NCBI GenBank assembly: GCA_964544175.1
Contig: CAZJAL010000009.1
Coordinates: forward strand, 9,818 to 73,817
DNA length: 64,000 bases
Direction of reading: 5' to 3'
From: an uncultured Limnohabitans sp.
GTDB taxonomy: Bacteria; Pseudomonadota; Gammaproteobacteria; Burkholderiales; Burkholderiaceae_C
Shown here: positions 38,527 to 47,806 of the stretch, in pieces
Position numbering within the stretch: the first letter of the stretch is position 1
How the letters are laid out: every line of letters begins with the position of its first letter
The notes under the pieces: model-generated
What the model saw: only the letters and a program-made list of their open reading frames with translations
The model's database searches: none
What the model was told of the DNA's origin: nothing
Translations under genes and position numbers: made by a program

Positions 38527-39606
38527 ATGGGCACTATGTTTTTGACCCTTCAACAAGTCGATGTGCGCTACGCTGGCCAACAGACGCCGGCGGTCAAGGG
38601 TGTGTCCCTAAGTCTTAAGGCTGGTCAAATTGGGGTACTCATTGGTCCATCGGGCTGTGGCAAAACCAGTTTGTTGCGCGCCATTGCGGGCTTAGAGCCT
38701 GTGTCTGCTGGGCTGATTCAATTGTCTGACCGCATTGTGAGCCAGCCTGGTACTACGGCGGCCCCCGAAAACCGCCGCATGGGCATGGTTTTTCAAGATT
38801 ACGCTTTGTTTCCGCACCTTAGCGTGGCGGGCAACATTGCATTTGGTTTGCATGGTCAAAGTGCCTCGGCCAAAGCGCAGCGCATTGAAGAAGTGTTGCA
38901 ATTGGTGGGTCTCTCCGAGGTGCAAAACCGGTATCCCCACGAGCTTTCTGGGGGGCAGCAACAAAGGGTGGCGTTAGCACGTGCCTTGGCACCTAAACCT
39001 GAGTTGCTTTTATTGGACGAGCCTTTTTCTAACTTGGATGTCGATCTTCGTGAAAGGCTTGCGCTAGAAATTCGGGCTATTTTGAAGGCCGCCAATGCCA
39101 CAGCTCTTTTTGTCACGCATGACCAAATGGAGGCTTTTGCCATTGGTGATGTCATTGGTGTCATTCAAGATGGCCACTTGGCCCAGTGGGACGATGCTTA
39201 TCACTTGTATCACCGGCCTGCGTCACGCTTTGTGGCTGAGTTTATTGGTCACGGTGTATTTATTCCGGGTCGTCGCTCGGTGGAAAATGGTCGTGTCGAG
39301 GTGCAAACTGTCTTGGGATTGTTAAGCGATGAAATAGACACTACAGATTCAACTTTGACCAAAACAAGCGGTGACCCCGTCAATTGCGATGTGCTGTTGC
39401 GAGCAGATGACATCGTTCACGATGACCATGCAAGTGTCAAAGCAGAAATTGTCAGAAAGGCATTTCGCGGGTCGGAGTTTTTGTACACCTTGCGTCTGCA
39501 GTCTGGCGATATTGTTTTGGCCCATGTGCCCAGCCATCACGATCACAAGCTGGGAGAGTGGATTGGCATCAGGGCTGAAGTAGACCACGTGGTAACTTTT
39601 GTCTAA
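38527..39606 (+). CDS. fbpC: ABC transporter ATP-binding protein (Fe(III)/spermidine-type with C-terminal TOBE-like domain)
   Basis: Walker A GPSGCGKTS, signature LSGGQQQRVALARAL, Walker B LLLLDEP. An alternative ATG is at 38536. Confidence 0.85.
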   Translation: MGTMFLTLQQVDVRYAGQQTPAVKGVSLSLKAGQIGVLIGPSGCGKTSLLRAIAGLEPVSAGLIQLSDRIVSQPGTTAAPENRRMGMVFQDYALFPHLSVAGNIAFGLHGQSASAKAQRIEEVLQLVGLSEVQNRYPHELSGGQQQRVALARALAPKPELLLLDEPFSNLDVDLRERLALEIRAILKAANATALFVTHDQMEAFAIGDVIGVIQDGHLAQWDDAYHLYHRPASRFVAEFIGHGVFIPGRRSVENGRVEVQTVLGLLSDEIDTTDSTLTKTSGDPVNCDVLLRADDIVHDDHASVKAEIVRKAFRGSEFLYTLRLQSGDIVLAHVPSHHDHKLGEWIGIRAEVDHVVTFV

Positions 39607-39619
39607 AAATCTGTCAATC

Positions 39620-39638
39620 GCAAATGCGAATCATTCTT
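39620..39638. promoter_or_regulatory. Fur-box-like sequence GCAAATGCGAATCATTCTT
   Basis: 13 of 19 positions match the classical GATAATGATAATCATTATC consensus by my own alignment. It lies 45 nt upstream of the binding-protein start. Confidence 0.45.
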
Positions 39639-39682
39639 ATTTGATGTAGAATTTGCTCATTCAAGCACTCGTTAGGGTCTTC

Positions 39683-40786
39683 ATGAGCATTCAATCAATC
39701 AATTCTGGGTATTTAAAAGGTGCGGCCTTCATTTGCCTATCGGCCATGGCGGTTTTTGCAACGCAGGGGCATGCCCAAGCCCAAGCCCAAACGCAAATCC
39801 AGACGGCTGCCGCGTTCATCAACATTTATTCGGCACGTCACTACCCAACAGACGAGGCTTTGTACAGCGATTTCACCAAAAGTACAGGCATCAAAATTAA
39901 CCGTGTAGATGCGGACGATGCTGGTGTGCTGACTAGATTAAAGGCTGAGGGGGCAGCATCTCCTGCTGACGTGATTTTGCTGGTCGATGCGGCCAGGTTA
40001 TGGCGCGCCGAAGTAGATGGTTTGTTCATGCCCATCAAGTCAAAGGTCTTAGAGGCAGCAATTCCAGAAAACTTAAGGGCCAAGCGCTCAGACAACGGCG
40101 GCATTGCATGGTTTGGTTTGTCGACACGTGCCCGCGTGATTGTTTATGACAAAGCGAAAGTTAAAAGTTCAGAGGTCGACACTTACGAGAAGTTGGCCAA
40201 TCCACAATTCAAGGGCAAGCTGTGCATCCGTTCGGGCTCTCACCCTTACAACCTCAGTTTGTTTGGCGCTATGACAGAGCACCTGGGGCCGCAACAAACC
40301 GAGATTTGGTTGAAGGGTTTGGTGGCAAATTTTGCACGCAACCCAGCGGGTGGCGATACAGATCAAATCAAAGGAGTTGCTTCAGGTGAGTGTGCGGTGG
40401 CCGTAACCAACACCTACTATTTGGCTCGCCTGATGCGCTCGAGCAACCCATCGGACAAAGCCTTGGTGGAAAAAATTGGGGTCGTTTTTCCGAATCAATC
40501 TAGTTGGGGAACGCATCTGAACATTGCCGGCGGTGCTGTTGCCAAAAATTCAAAAAACACAGAAAACGCAGTCAAATTTTTAGAGTACTTGGCAAGTGCA
40601 TCGGCTCAAAACCACTTTGCCAATGGCAACAATGAATGGCCCGCTGCCAAGGGCATGAGCTTTGACAATGCGGCACTCAAAGCCATGTCTGGCGGCAATT
40701 TTAAAAGTGAAGTGCTGCCCATCAGTGCGGTAGGCATGAATCAAGTCAAAGTGCAACAAATGTTGGACCGGGTTGGATTTAAGTAA
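39683..40786 (+). CDS. fbpA: Fe(III) ABC transporter substrate-binding protein
   Basis: Start at MSIQSINSGYLKGAAFICLSAMAVFA (signal). INIYSARHYPTDEALY and CIRSGSHPYN are typical of FbpA/AfuA. Confidence 0.8.
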   Translation: MSIQSINSGYLKGAAFICLSAMAVFATQGHAQAQAQTQIQTAAAFINIYSARHYPTDEALYSDFTKSTGIKINRVDADDAGVLTRLKAEGAASPADVILLVDAARLWRAEVDGLFMPIKSKVLEAAIPENLRAKRSDNGGIAWFGLSTRARVIVYDKAKVKSSEVDTYEKLANPQFKGKLCIRSGSHPYNLSLFGAMTEHLGPQQTEIWLKGLVANFARNPAGGDTDQIKGVASGECAVAVTNTYYLARLMRSSNPSDKALVEKIGVVFPNQSSWGTHLNIAGGAVAKNSKNTENAVKFLEYLASASAQNHFANGNNEWPAAKGMSFDNAALKAMSGGNFKSEVLPISAVGMNQVKVQQMLDRVGFK

Positions 40787-40924
40787 TGAGATCAAACAGT
40801 CGAGATGATGCTTTTCGCATCAAGCTCAGAAGAAAACTGACAATCGCTAAAGCAATGAATAGATAGAAAAGAATTTCGGCAATTCCGGCCGCGCTCGATT
40901 TGAGCATCGTTGACAAAAAAAATT

Positions 40925-41980
40925 TTATAAAGAATTAAATCCTTCAAGAACATTGACAGTATTGACACCAAAGTCGGCCACAGCATATCCTCCTTCGAGG
41001 GTGAACAAGCTTGGCAAGCGCAGGCCAGCAATTGCACGTCCCACTCGCAAGTAATGCTCAGACTTCAATTTGAAACCACTGATGGGGTCTCCTACATAGG
41101 TGTCCAATCCTAAAGGTACCACCAATGCTTGAGGGGCATAGTCAGCGATGCTCTGTATAGCCATTTGCAAAGTGGCGTACCAACTTTCAAATTCTGTTCC
41201 TTTGGGCAAGGGTAAATTCAAGTTATAGCCTTCACCATCGGCAGAACCTCGCTCGTCGGCGTGGCCCAAAAAGAAGGGATATTCTGTTTGTGGGTCACCA
41301 TGGATGGAAACGGTATAAACATCTGAGCGCTCATTAAAAATGGCTTGTGTTCCATTGCCATGATGGTAGTCAATGTCTAAAACAGCCACGCGTTGTAAGC
41401 CATGGTTTCGTAAGTACTGGGCAGCAATGGCAGCGTTGTTGAGAAAACAGTATCCGCCCATGTAAGCTGAACCAGCGTGGTGACCTGGTGGGCGGGTTAA
41501 GGCCACTGTTGCCATTTCTCCTGCCAATATTGCTTGTGCTGCAGCAACCGCGCATGCCGCACCTTCACGGGCTGCCGTCCAAGTGCCCGACATTAAGGGT
41601 GTTCCAGAATCAAAGGCGTATTGGCCCAGTTTGGCCGCAAAGTTGAGGGGTGGTTTGTCCATGCGAAAAGCATGCTGACCTGGCAAGGGCCAAACAGAGG
41701 GCAGGGCATCACGGCTTGCATTGTCTGGGCTTAACTTGACCCATTCGTCCCAAGCGGTGGCCAGAAATGTCAGGTAATCGGCAGTGTGTACGCTGCTTAA
41801 CGCTGCGTCTAAATTGAGGTTGGTGGGGGGCGTTAGCAGTTGACCCACGGGGCGTTTGGCCAATTCACTTAGAACATGGTCCAAGCGCTGGGGAACTTCA
41901 TGGCAATCTACCAAGCGGCCACGAAACATTTCTTGTTGGCCGTGATGCAAATGGTGATGTTGATTGCTGAATATTTTCAT
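40925..41980 (-). CDS. histone deacetylase-family amidohydrolase (acetylpolyamine/acetoin-utilisation type)
   Basis: 351 aa with RPPGHHA, DIDYHHGNGTQ and LEGGY motifs. Confidence 0.85.
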   Translation of the reverse strand: MKIFSNQHHHLHHGQQEMFRGRLVDCHEVPQRLDHVLSELAKRPVGQLLTPPTNLNLDAALSSVHTADYLTFLATAWDEWVKLSPDNASRDALPSVWPLPGQHAFRMDKPPLNFAAKLGQYAFDSGTPLMSGTWTAAREGAACAVAAAQAILAGEMATVALTRPPGHHAGSAYMGGYCFLNNAAIAAQYLRNHGLQRVAVLDIDYHHGNGTQAIFNERSDVYTVSIHGDPQTEYPFFLGHADERGSADGEGYNLNLPLPKGTEFESWYATLQMAIQSIADYAPQALVVPLGLDTYVGDPISGFKLKSEHYLRVGRAIAGLRLPSLFTLEGGYAVADFGVNTVNVLEGFNSL

Positions 41981-42006
41981 GGCGGAATTTTGAAATAAGA
42001 ATTAGC

Positions 42007-43788
42007 TCATCTTAAACTTCGCGCGATGAATTTTTCAATCGATTGAATGTCGATTGGCTTGTAAAGCACATGGATGTTCAGATGGTCAAACAACTGAAGG
42101 TGTTGGGGCGACGTATCTGCTGTGACGATGCAAGCAGGAATGTCGTCATTGAATTCTTCTCGTAATTTCTGAATGAAGTAAATGCCATTTCGATCTCCCA
42201 ATCTGAAATCACTCAAAATGAAGTGCAATTGAGGAATGTCGACGAGATAGTCTTTGAATTCATTTTCTTCGTAGGGTATCAGATGAACTGAGTAGCCGAT
42301 TTTTGTAAAATATTCTGCATAGGCATTCTGCAAAGAGTAGTCGTTTTCAATGATGCCAAGGTTGATGTTGTTTGAATTGGTTGGCTTTATGTCCAATACA
42401 GACTTAGAAATTTCTTGGCCAACAGAATTTGTGCTTAAGACTTTTGGACTTTTGGCAACATTCGTGTCATTGATAACTGTAAATTTTGTGCGAATTGTGA
42501 ACAGTGAACCAAGTCCTAACTCAGATTTGACGGTGCATTCGCCACCAATTTTTTGAACAATGCGGTTCACAATTGACAGCCCAAGTCCAAGGCCATCGTG
42601 GTGAGATCGTGAATGTTCGGAGCGGAAAAACTCATTGAAAATGACAGGTAAATCTTCGGATGGAATGCCATGCCCTGAATCTTGTACGCTTACTTTTAAG
42701 TGGCCATGGTCGTTTTCAAAGCTAACCACGATGCTACCGGTGTCGGTGTATTGAACCGCATTCGCCAATAAATTTCTTAAGATTTGTTCTAGCAATTGGG
42801 GGTCGCCTTTGACCATGAAGTTTTGATGCTTCATGACCAACAACAGCCCCTTCTCTTTGCACAACTCAGAAAAACTGATGTCTAGGTCATTGGCCAAATT
42901 CGAAATTGAAAATTCAAGGCTGCGAGGGTTAAAGCCTGAATCTAACTTGCTAATGTCTAGCAATGTATTGAACATTTTGTTCAACGCAGAAATGCTATGA
43001 CGCATGCGTGAGAAGACTTTGCTTTCGTACTCAGGTAAATTTTTAGAATCGATCATGTCGACAAAGATATTGATCGACTGCATAGGTTGGCGCAAATCAT
43101 GACTAGCGGTCGAAATAAACTCTGATTTCGCCATATTGGCTGCATGCGAGGCATTCTTTTCGGCCACCAATTGATTAATCATGGCGTCATTTTTGAGTCG
43201 CAACGAAAATGATTTTTCCCATGATCGAGAAAAAAGCATGGCCATTTTGATGGACAGGTAAAAGGCCATCATGGAGCCAATTGGAATGGGCCAAACAATC
43301 GATTGATAGTTAACGATGATAAAAATAAGCTCAGGAATTTTGAGCGGCAACACAAAGTAGCTAAAAGATTTCCAACTTACGCAATATCCAACCATACCCA
43401 CAAATAAGATGGTGAGACTGATAATTTGATAGATCAAATAGTTGGCAAGGTCTGATGTGCTGACAAAGAAGAACCAACCAATACCCCATACAAAAGTGAC
43501 TGAGCAAAGCGCAGTGTTGAGCAAGGCCAAGTTAGTTTTGACTTCTCCTTTTAAATTGATCTTCTTGATTAAGAAGAATCGGGCAATTACCACGATCACC
43601 ATTAAGGCAAACCATATTTTGAACAAATGGCTGTCAGTTGTATCTAGATACAGCGGAATGCAAAGCAATGGGGCCAGCACGGTAGCTAGGGTGCTGGATT
43701 TTGCAAAGCTGTGCATGTATTGCAGCTTTTCATTGGCTACAAGCTGTTCAAAATTAGGCAAGTCTGCTTGTAGGTTTTCAGTGCTCAT
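42007..43788 (-). CDS. hybrid sensor histidine kinase (multi-TM N-domain, HisKA, HATPase, C-terminal receiver)
   Basis: ATG 43788 (MSTENLQ...). About 6 TM helices, H-box FISTASHDLRQP, G-boxes DSGHGIP and GLGLGLSIV, and a receiver-like tail (ILSDFRLGDRNG). The region is AT-richer than its flanks. Confidence 0.85.
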   Translation of the reverse strand: MSTENLQADLPNFEQLVANEKLQYMHSFAKSSTLATVLAPLLCIPLYLDTTDSHLFKIWFALMVIVVIARFFLIKKINLKGEVKTNLALLNTALCSVTFVWGIGWFFFVSTSDLANYLIYQIISLTILFVGMVGYCVSWKSFSYFVLPLKIPELIFIIVNYQSIVWPIPIGSMMAFYLSIKMAMLFSRSWEKSFSLRLKNDAMINQLVAEKNASHAANMAKSEFISTASHDLRQPMQSINIFVDMIDSKNLPEYESKVFSRMRHSISALNKMFNTLLDISKLDSGFNPRSLEFSISNLANDLDISFSELCKEKGLLLVMKHQNFMVKGDPQLLEQILRNLLANAVQYTDTGSIVVSFENDHGHLKVSVQDSGHGIPSEDLPVIFNEFFRSEHSRSHHDGLGLGLSIVNRIVQKIGGECTVKSELGLGSLFTIRTKFTVINDTNVAKSPKVLSTNSVGQEISKSVLDIKPTNSNNINLGIIENDYSLQNAYAEYFTKIGYSVHLIPYEENEFKDYLVDIPQLHFILSDFRLGDRNGIYFIQKLREEFNDDIPACIVTADTSPQHLQLFDHLNIHVLYKPIDIQSIEKFIARSLR

Positions 43789-43820
43789 GTCTGCTTGGCA
43801 GTTGGTGCTTTTGTAGCTGA

Positions 43821-44450
43821 TCAAATTCCCAGTAATTGGTATTTTTGGGCTTTCAACACAGCTTGGGTGCGGTTGAAAACCCGAAGTTCTTTGAAGATTT
43901 GATTGATGTGAATTTTGACGGTTTGCTCTTTGATTTCAAGTAAATCAGCGATGATTTTGTTGGGGTGTCCAAGAGAGATGAGTTGCAACACTTCAAGTTG
44001 CCTCTGTGTCAGCCTAATGTCTGGCTGATCTTCACTTTTTAGCGTATTTGAATTCAGTGTACTGAACTCAAATAGTTTCTTCAGCTTTTCGTAAATGCTA
44101 ATGGATGTACTGTTTTTTGACAAAAACAGGGTAGCGCCAGCAGCAACTGCACGAGGCTCCCAAGTTGGCGATTCAAGCCCAGAGATGGACACAACATGTT
44201 CTACGTTGCTTTTTAGCTTAAAGACTTTGATGCCTGCTAAACCACTAAGGCCAGGCATTTTGACGTCGAGGAGTACCACCCAGACTTTGTCCATGGCATC
44301 AACCAACTCCAAACCCTCGTTGGCATTGCTTGCAGTGACTACTTGGATGTCCTGTGTTCTAAATTCACGCGTTAGGATTTCACCGAGTGCCTCGCGGTAG
44401 ACTGGATGATCATCGATAATTAATAGCGCGTTGGCATGTTGTGTCGTCAT
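43821..44450 (-). CDS. LuxR/NarL-family response regulator
   Basis: 209 aa with receiver motifs LLIIDDHPVYREAL and VLLDVKMPGLSG, and HTH LTQRQLEVLQLISLGHPNKIIADLL. Confidence 0.9.
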   Translation of the reverse strand: MTTQHANALLIIDDHPVYREALGEILTREFRTQDIQVVTASNANEGLELVDAMDKVWVVLLDVKMPGLSGLAGIKVFKLKSNVEHVVSISGLESPTWEPRAVAAGATLFLSKNSTSISIYEKLKKLFEFSTLNSNTLKSEDQPDIRLTQRQLEVLQLISLGHPNKIIADLLEIKEQTVKIHINQIFKELRVFNRTQAVLKAQKYQLLGI

Positions 44451-44595
44451 ATCCTAGGTCATGGTACCTATTAACTCGTCATTTTCAATGAAACTTAGGT
44501 TGTAGGGCGCTTCAGATGATTGTGAAAGGTAAAAACCCTATGGCCACTTCAACAAACGTCTGTGATAGTTTATTCGGCTCCAGTAAATCAAAATA

Positions 44596-45234
44596 ATGTG
44601 CACCAATTTCACCCCCATTCAAAAGCCTCAATGGGTCAAGGATGCGTTTGGTGTCGACCTGCCGTCCAGTTTTCCGCCTGAAACCTATCCTGGGTTTGTG
44701 GCCCCCATCGTGGTTCAAAGCCATCAAACTGCCCGGGTGGCTTGTGGCTTGGCTAAATTTGGTTTGATTCCCGGCTGGGCCAAAGACGAAAAAATCAGTC
44801 GACATACTTACAACGCAAGGAGCGAAACAGCTTCTGAAAAACCCAGCTACAGAACAGCATGGCGTCAACGTCAATATGGTCTGGTACTTTTAGAAAATTT
44901 CTTTGAACCCAGCTACCAATCGGGCAAAGCCGTGCGTTGGAAAATAGGCCTTGCTTCTGGCGACCCATTTGGTATTGCCTGCCTTTGGGACCGCTGGACA
45001 GATCCTGGCACCGGTGAGTTGATAGTGAGCTTTTCGATGCTGACCGTCAATGCCGATGAGCATCCGGTCATGAAGCAGTTTCATAAAGAGGGTGATGAAA
45101 AGCGAACGCCCGTAATAGTTCCATCCGAACTGCACAAAGCTTGGCTAGCAGCAACGCCAAAGGAGGCTGCTTCATTCATGTCTTGGCAACAAATGCCCGC
45201 TTTGTATGCCGAGGCTGCGCCATTGAATTCCTAA
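44596..45234 (+). CDS. SOS response-associated peptidase (SRAP/YedK family)
   Basis: 212 aa starting MCTNFTP (catalytic Cys2), with TYNARSETASEKPSYR and RCLVP-like FFEPSY regions. Confidence 0.85.
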   Translation: MCTNFTPIQKPQWVKDAFGVDLPSSFPPETYPGFVAPIVVQSHQTARVACGLAKFGLIPGWAKDEKISRHTYNARSETASEKPSYRTAWRQRQYGLVLLENFFEPSYQSGKAVRWKIGLASGDPFGIACLWDRWTDPGTGELIVSFSMLTVNADEHPVMKQFHKEGDEKRTPVIVPSELHKAWLAATPKEAASFMSWQQMPALYAEAAPLNS

Positions 45235-45673
45235 CCTCTTCTAGGTATGCCGCAAAATCAAAGTCTGGGCCTTGTTCAAATGCCAGTGCTTGCCAATGCC
45301 TTTTTGATTCATTCAGTCTTTTATCTTTGTGTTTGATCGGACAAAAATACGACTCAGTGGCTTTGATGATTTCATAGACATAAGCCGAAACGCCCACACC
45401 ATATGCGCAATAGGTGCAATGAAATTTTGAGATCCAATCTAAGTATTTGAGTTCTTGTCTGTCAAAAATGATGAAGTCTTTGCGTGAAAATTTTGGAATG
45501 CCGTATATGGGAAAGCATGTCCATTGATAAAACGACACACAAGCATCTAGCAACATGATGGGGAACACCATGCTGTAAATGATGGGTCCAGTGATGAGGT
45601 TGATGGGCCTTGATCGTTTGAAGAGCGCAATCAGACCCAGTTGATGGTTTGTTTTCATAGCAGCCTTGGTCAT
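45176..45673 (-). CDS. conserved-looking hypothetical membrane-anchored Cys-rich protein
   Basis: 165 aa with one or two N-terminal TM helices, then CFPIYGIP..., HCTYCAY...FCPIKH. It resembles an uncharacterised proteobacterial family from memory. Its 3' end overlaps the SRAP gene by 59 nt. Confidence 0.55.
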   Translation of the reverse strand: MTKAAMKTNHQLGLIALFKRSRPINLITGPIIYSMVFPIMLLDACVSFYQWTCFPIYGIPKFSRKDFIIFDRQELKYLDWISKFHCTYCAYGVGVSAYVYEIIKATESYFCPIKHKDKRLNESKRHWQALAFEQGPDFDFAAYLEEVRNSMAQPRHTKRAFVAKT

Positions 45674-45825
45674 AAGTTAGTGAGTCAAACAGTCAATTGA
45701 TGAGCCACTTCAATCTACTGTTTTTTCTTCATCTATACTTGATGCAAGTCAATGTTTCGATAAGAACTGATCGGTAGCAATGACCTTTAATTAATTGTGA
45801 TCTGACCCCAATTTATTTGGAACGC

Positions 45826-46338
45826 ATGAAAAAGAAAGTTGCTTTGCCTTTGTTGCTGGCCACCGTCATCGGCATTACGGCATCGCACATTCGCCTCAAG
45901 CCTTTTGATGCGAGTTATCTTCTGGAGATCGATGGTCGAGACGTCGATGTTGTCGGTTTTGTAAAAGACAAGTGGACGACCTACACCCGAAATTGTCAAT
46001 CCAGCGAATTGGACAAGTCTTCAAATGTCTATCGTTCGGCAGAGCTTGTGATTAAAAACTTCAGTCCACCCAGTTCTAGCAATGCTCGAATTCTTGGATT
46101 TTGGTTTCAGAATGACTGGGCCGTGGTTGAACTCGAGTTTGACGAGTTGCAGCCCGCTGTGGTGCCTGTGCAATTTGAAAATGGCAAGCCCATCATTGTT
46201 ACTCCGGGTATTTGGAGTGGGCTTACCAAGCCTTGGAAGGCAGCCCCATTCATTCGAAATTACATGGCTTCTAAGTTGCCTGATATGCCCGAAAGCCTGC
46301 TCGACTGCTACGAGCCAAGGGCTCAGTACTTTAAGTGA
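45826..46338 (+). CDS. hypothetical secreted protein
   Basis: ATG 45826 gives MKKKVALPLLLATVIGITA (signal peptide). No family recognised. Confidence 0.5.
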   Translation: MKKKVALPLLLATVIGITASHIRLKPFDASYLLEIDGRDVDVVGFVKDKWTTYTRNCQSSELDKSSNVYRSAELVIKNFSPPSSSNARILGFWFQNDWAVVELEFDELQPAVVPVQFENGKPIIVTPGIWSGLTKPWKAAPFIRNYMASKLPDMPESLLDCYEPRAQYFK

Positions 46339-46341
46339 CGT

Positions 46342-46641
46342 TTAGGTATATTGCAGAAACAACTGATCGCAGATTTGAGCCAGTTGAATGTCTTTGACAC
46401 TTAAGCCATTGACGTCGTGCGTGGTCCAGGTGATCCAGACCCTGTTGTAAATGTTGCGCCATTCGGGATGGTGCTTGTGCTGCTCAGCAGCCTTTGCAAT
46501 TTGAGACATGAATGCAAAGGCATTTTCAAAGTCTTTGAAGACAAACGCCCTTGAAAGAGCGCCCTTGGATTCGTCCAGATGCCACAAGGGTAAGTTGTGA
46601 AGTTGCTCATGCAGCGATGGCTCAATCATGTCGGGTTTCAA
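46342..46641 (-). CDS. phhB: pterin-4a-carbinolamine dehydratase
   Basis: 99 aa with FKDFENAFAFMSQIAKAAEQHKHHPEWRNIYNRVWITWTTHD, the PCD signature region. Confidence 0.85.
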   Translation of the reverse strand: MKPDMIEPSLHEQLHNLPLWHLDESKGALSRAFVFKDFENAFAFMSQIAKAAEQHKHHPEWRNIYNRVWITWTTHDVNGLSVKDIQLAQICDQLFLQYT

Positions 46642-46646
46642 AAAGC

Positions 46647-47606
46647 TCAGTCAAATTTGGCGCCAGACTTGACGATGACCTGTTCCCATTTGTCAATTTC
46701 TGCTTTGACAAATGCTTTGAACTCTTCAGGATTGCTGCCTACAGGTTCTGCGCCTTGGGCTTCCATTTTGTCTTTGATGTCTTGTGTTTGAAGCGCCTTG
46801 CTGGCTGCGTTATACAGTGCGGCCACAATGTGAGGTGGTGTTTTGGCCGGTGCAAACAAGCCGTTCCAGCTCGACACCTCAAAGTCGGACAATCCTGCCT
46901 CAGCCATGGTCGGTACATTGGGCAGGGTGCTCATGCGTTTTTTGCTGGCTACGGCAATGACATTCAGTTTTCCGCTCTTTAAATGTGGGATGGCAGAGAG
47001 CGCAGTTTGAAAACTCATCTGCACTTGGCCGCCCAACAAGTCGGCAATAGCGGGTGCAGCACCTTTGTAAGGCACATGAATCAGATCAATGTTGGCGCGC
47101 ATCTTGAGCATCTCGCCTGCAAGGTGAGGAGAGCCACCATTGCCACTTGAAGAAAAAGCCAGCTTGCCAGGATTTTGTTTTGCGACTGCAATGAGGTCCT
47201 TCAGATTTTTGGCGGGTACAGAGGGGTGTGTCGTCAAAACCGAGGGTGCTGTCATAAATTGGGTGATGTGCACAAAGTCACGCATCGTGTCGTAGCCCAT
47301 GTTTTTGTAGGCGGTCATGTTGGTAGCGTTGGCAATGGTGCCCAGAAGCAATGTGTAGCCATCGGGCGCACTGCGTGCTACAAATTCGGAAGCGATGTTG
47401 CTGCTTGCACCGGCACGGTTTTCAACAATGACAGGCTGGCCCAGTGTTTCTTGCATTTTGATGGCCACACTTCGCGCCACGATGTCGGTGGCGCCACCCG
47501 GGGCATAACCCACCAAGATACGAATCGGTTTGACGGGGTAAGCGGCTTCTTGTGCATGAGCAGCAAAAGGCAGAACAGAAAGTACCAGAGCCCAAATTAA
47601 TTTCAT
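46647..47606 (-). CDS. Bug-family (TctC-like) substrate-binding protein
   Basis: 319 aa with signal peptide, YPVKPIRILVGYAPGGATDIVAR and SSSGNGGSPHLAGE. Confidence 0.85.
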   Translation of the reverse strand: MKLIWALVLSVLPFAAHAQEAAYPVKPIRILVGYAPGGATDIVARSVAIKMQETLGQPVIVENRAGASSNIASEFVARSAPDGYTLLLGTIANATNMTAYKNMGYDTMRDFVHITQFMTAPSVLTTHPSVPAKNLKDLIAVAKQNPGKLAFSSSGNGGSPHLAGEMLKMRANIDLIHVPYKGAAPAIADLLGGQVQMSFQTALSAIPHLKSGKLNVIAVASKKRMSTLPNVPTMAEAGLSDFEVSSWNGLFAPAKTPPHIVAALYNAASKALQTQDIKDKMEAQGAEPVGSNPEEFKAFVKAEIDKWEQVIVKSGAKFD

Positions 47607-47806
47607 ATGAATCCTGTTGAATGCTTAAAAAATAGTTGTGAAGTGTAGGGACACTTGATGACAAATAGCCAGTTCAGCGTATTGGTGTTGTCCCTAGGAT
47701 ATTTGGAGAAGACTAATTTTTCAGTAAGATGGAAGTCCTAGTGCGAAGACGCATGTCTTTCCCTGTCAACACCGCGTCGCAGCTGTACCGCATTGGAGCC
47801 CAATTT

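Noticed and set aside
42007-44450. The hybrid kinase and LuxR regulator as the missing regulators of the metal efflux islet.
   Set aside because: They lie 11 kb away, outside the repeat-bounded element, and belong to the NarL/LuxR class rather than the OmpR class typical of CzcRS/CusRS. No linkage evidence.
44451-44595. A LexA (SOS) box upstream of the SRAP peptidase gene.
   Set aside because: CTGTGATAGTTTATTC begins like CTGT-N8-ACAG but lacks the ACAG half-site.
47607-47806. A Zur box upstream of the TauD/zrg cluster.
   Set aside because: No TGTTAT...ATAACA-type palindrome is present. There is only an 8-bp inverted repeat TAGGGACA...TGTCCCTA of unknown meaning.
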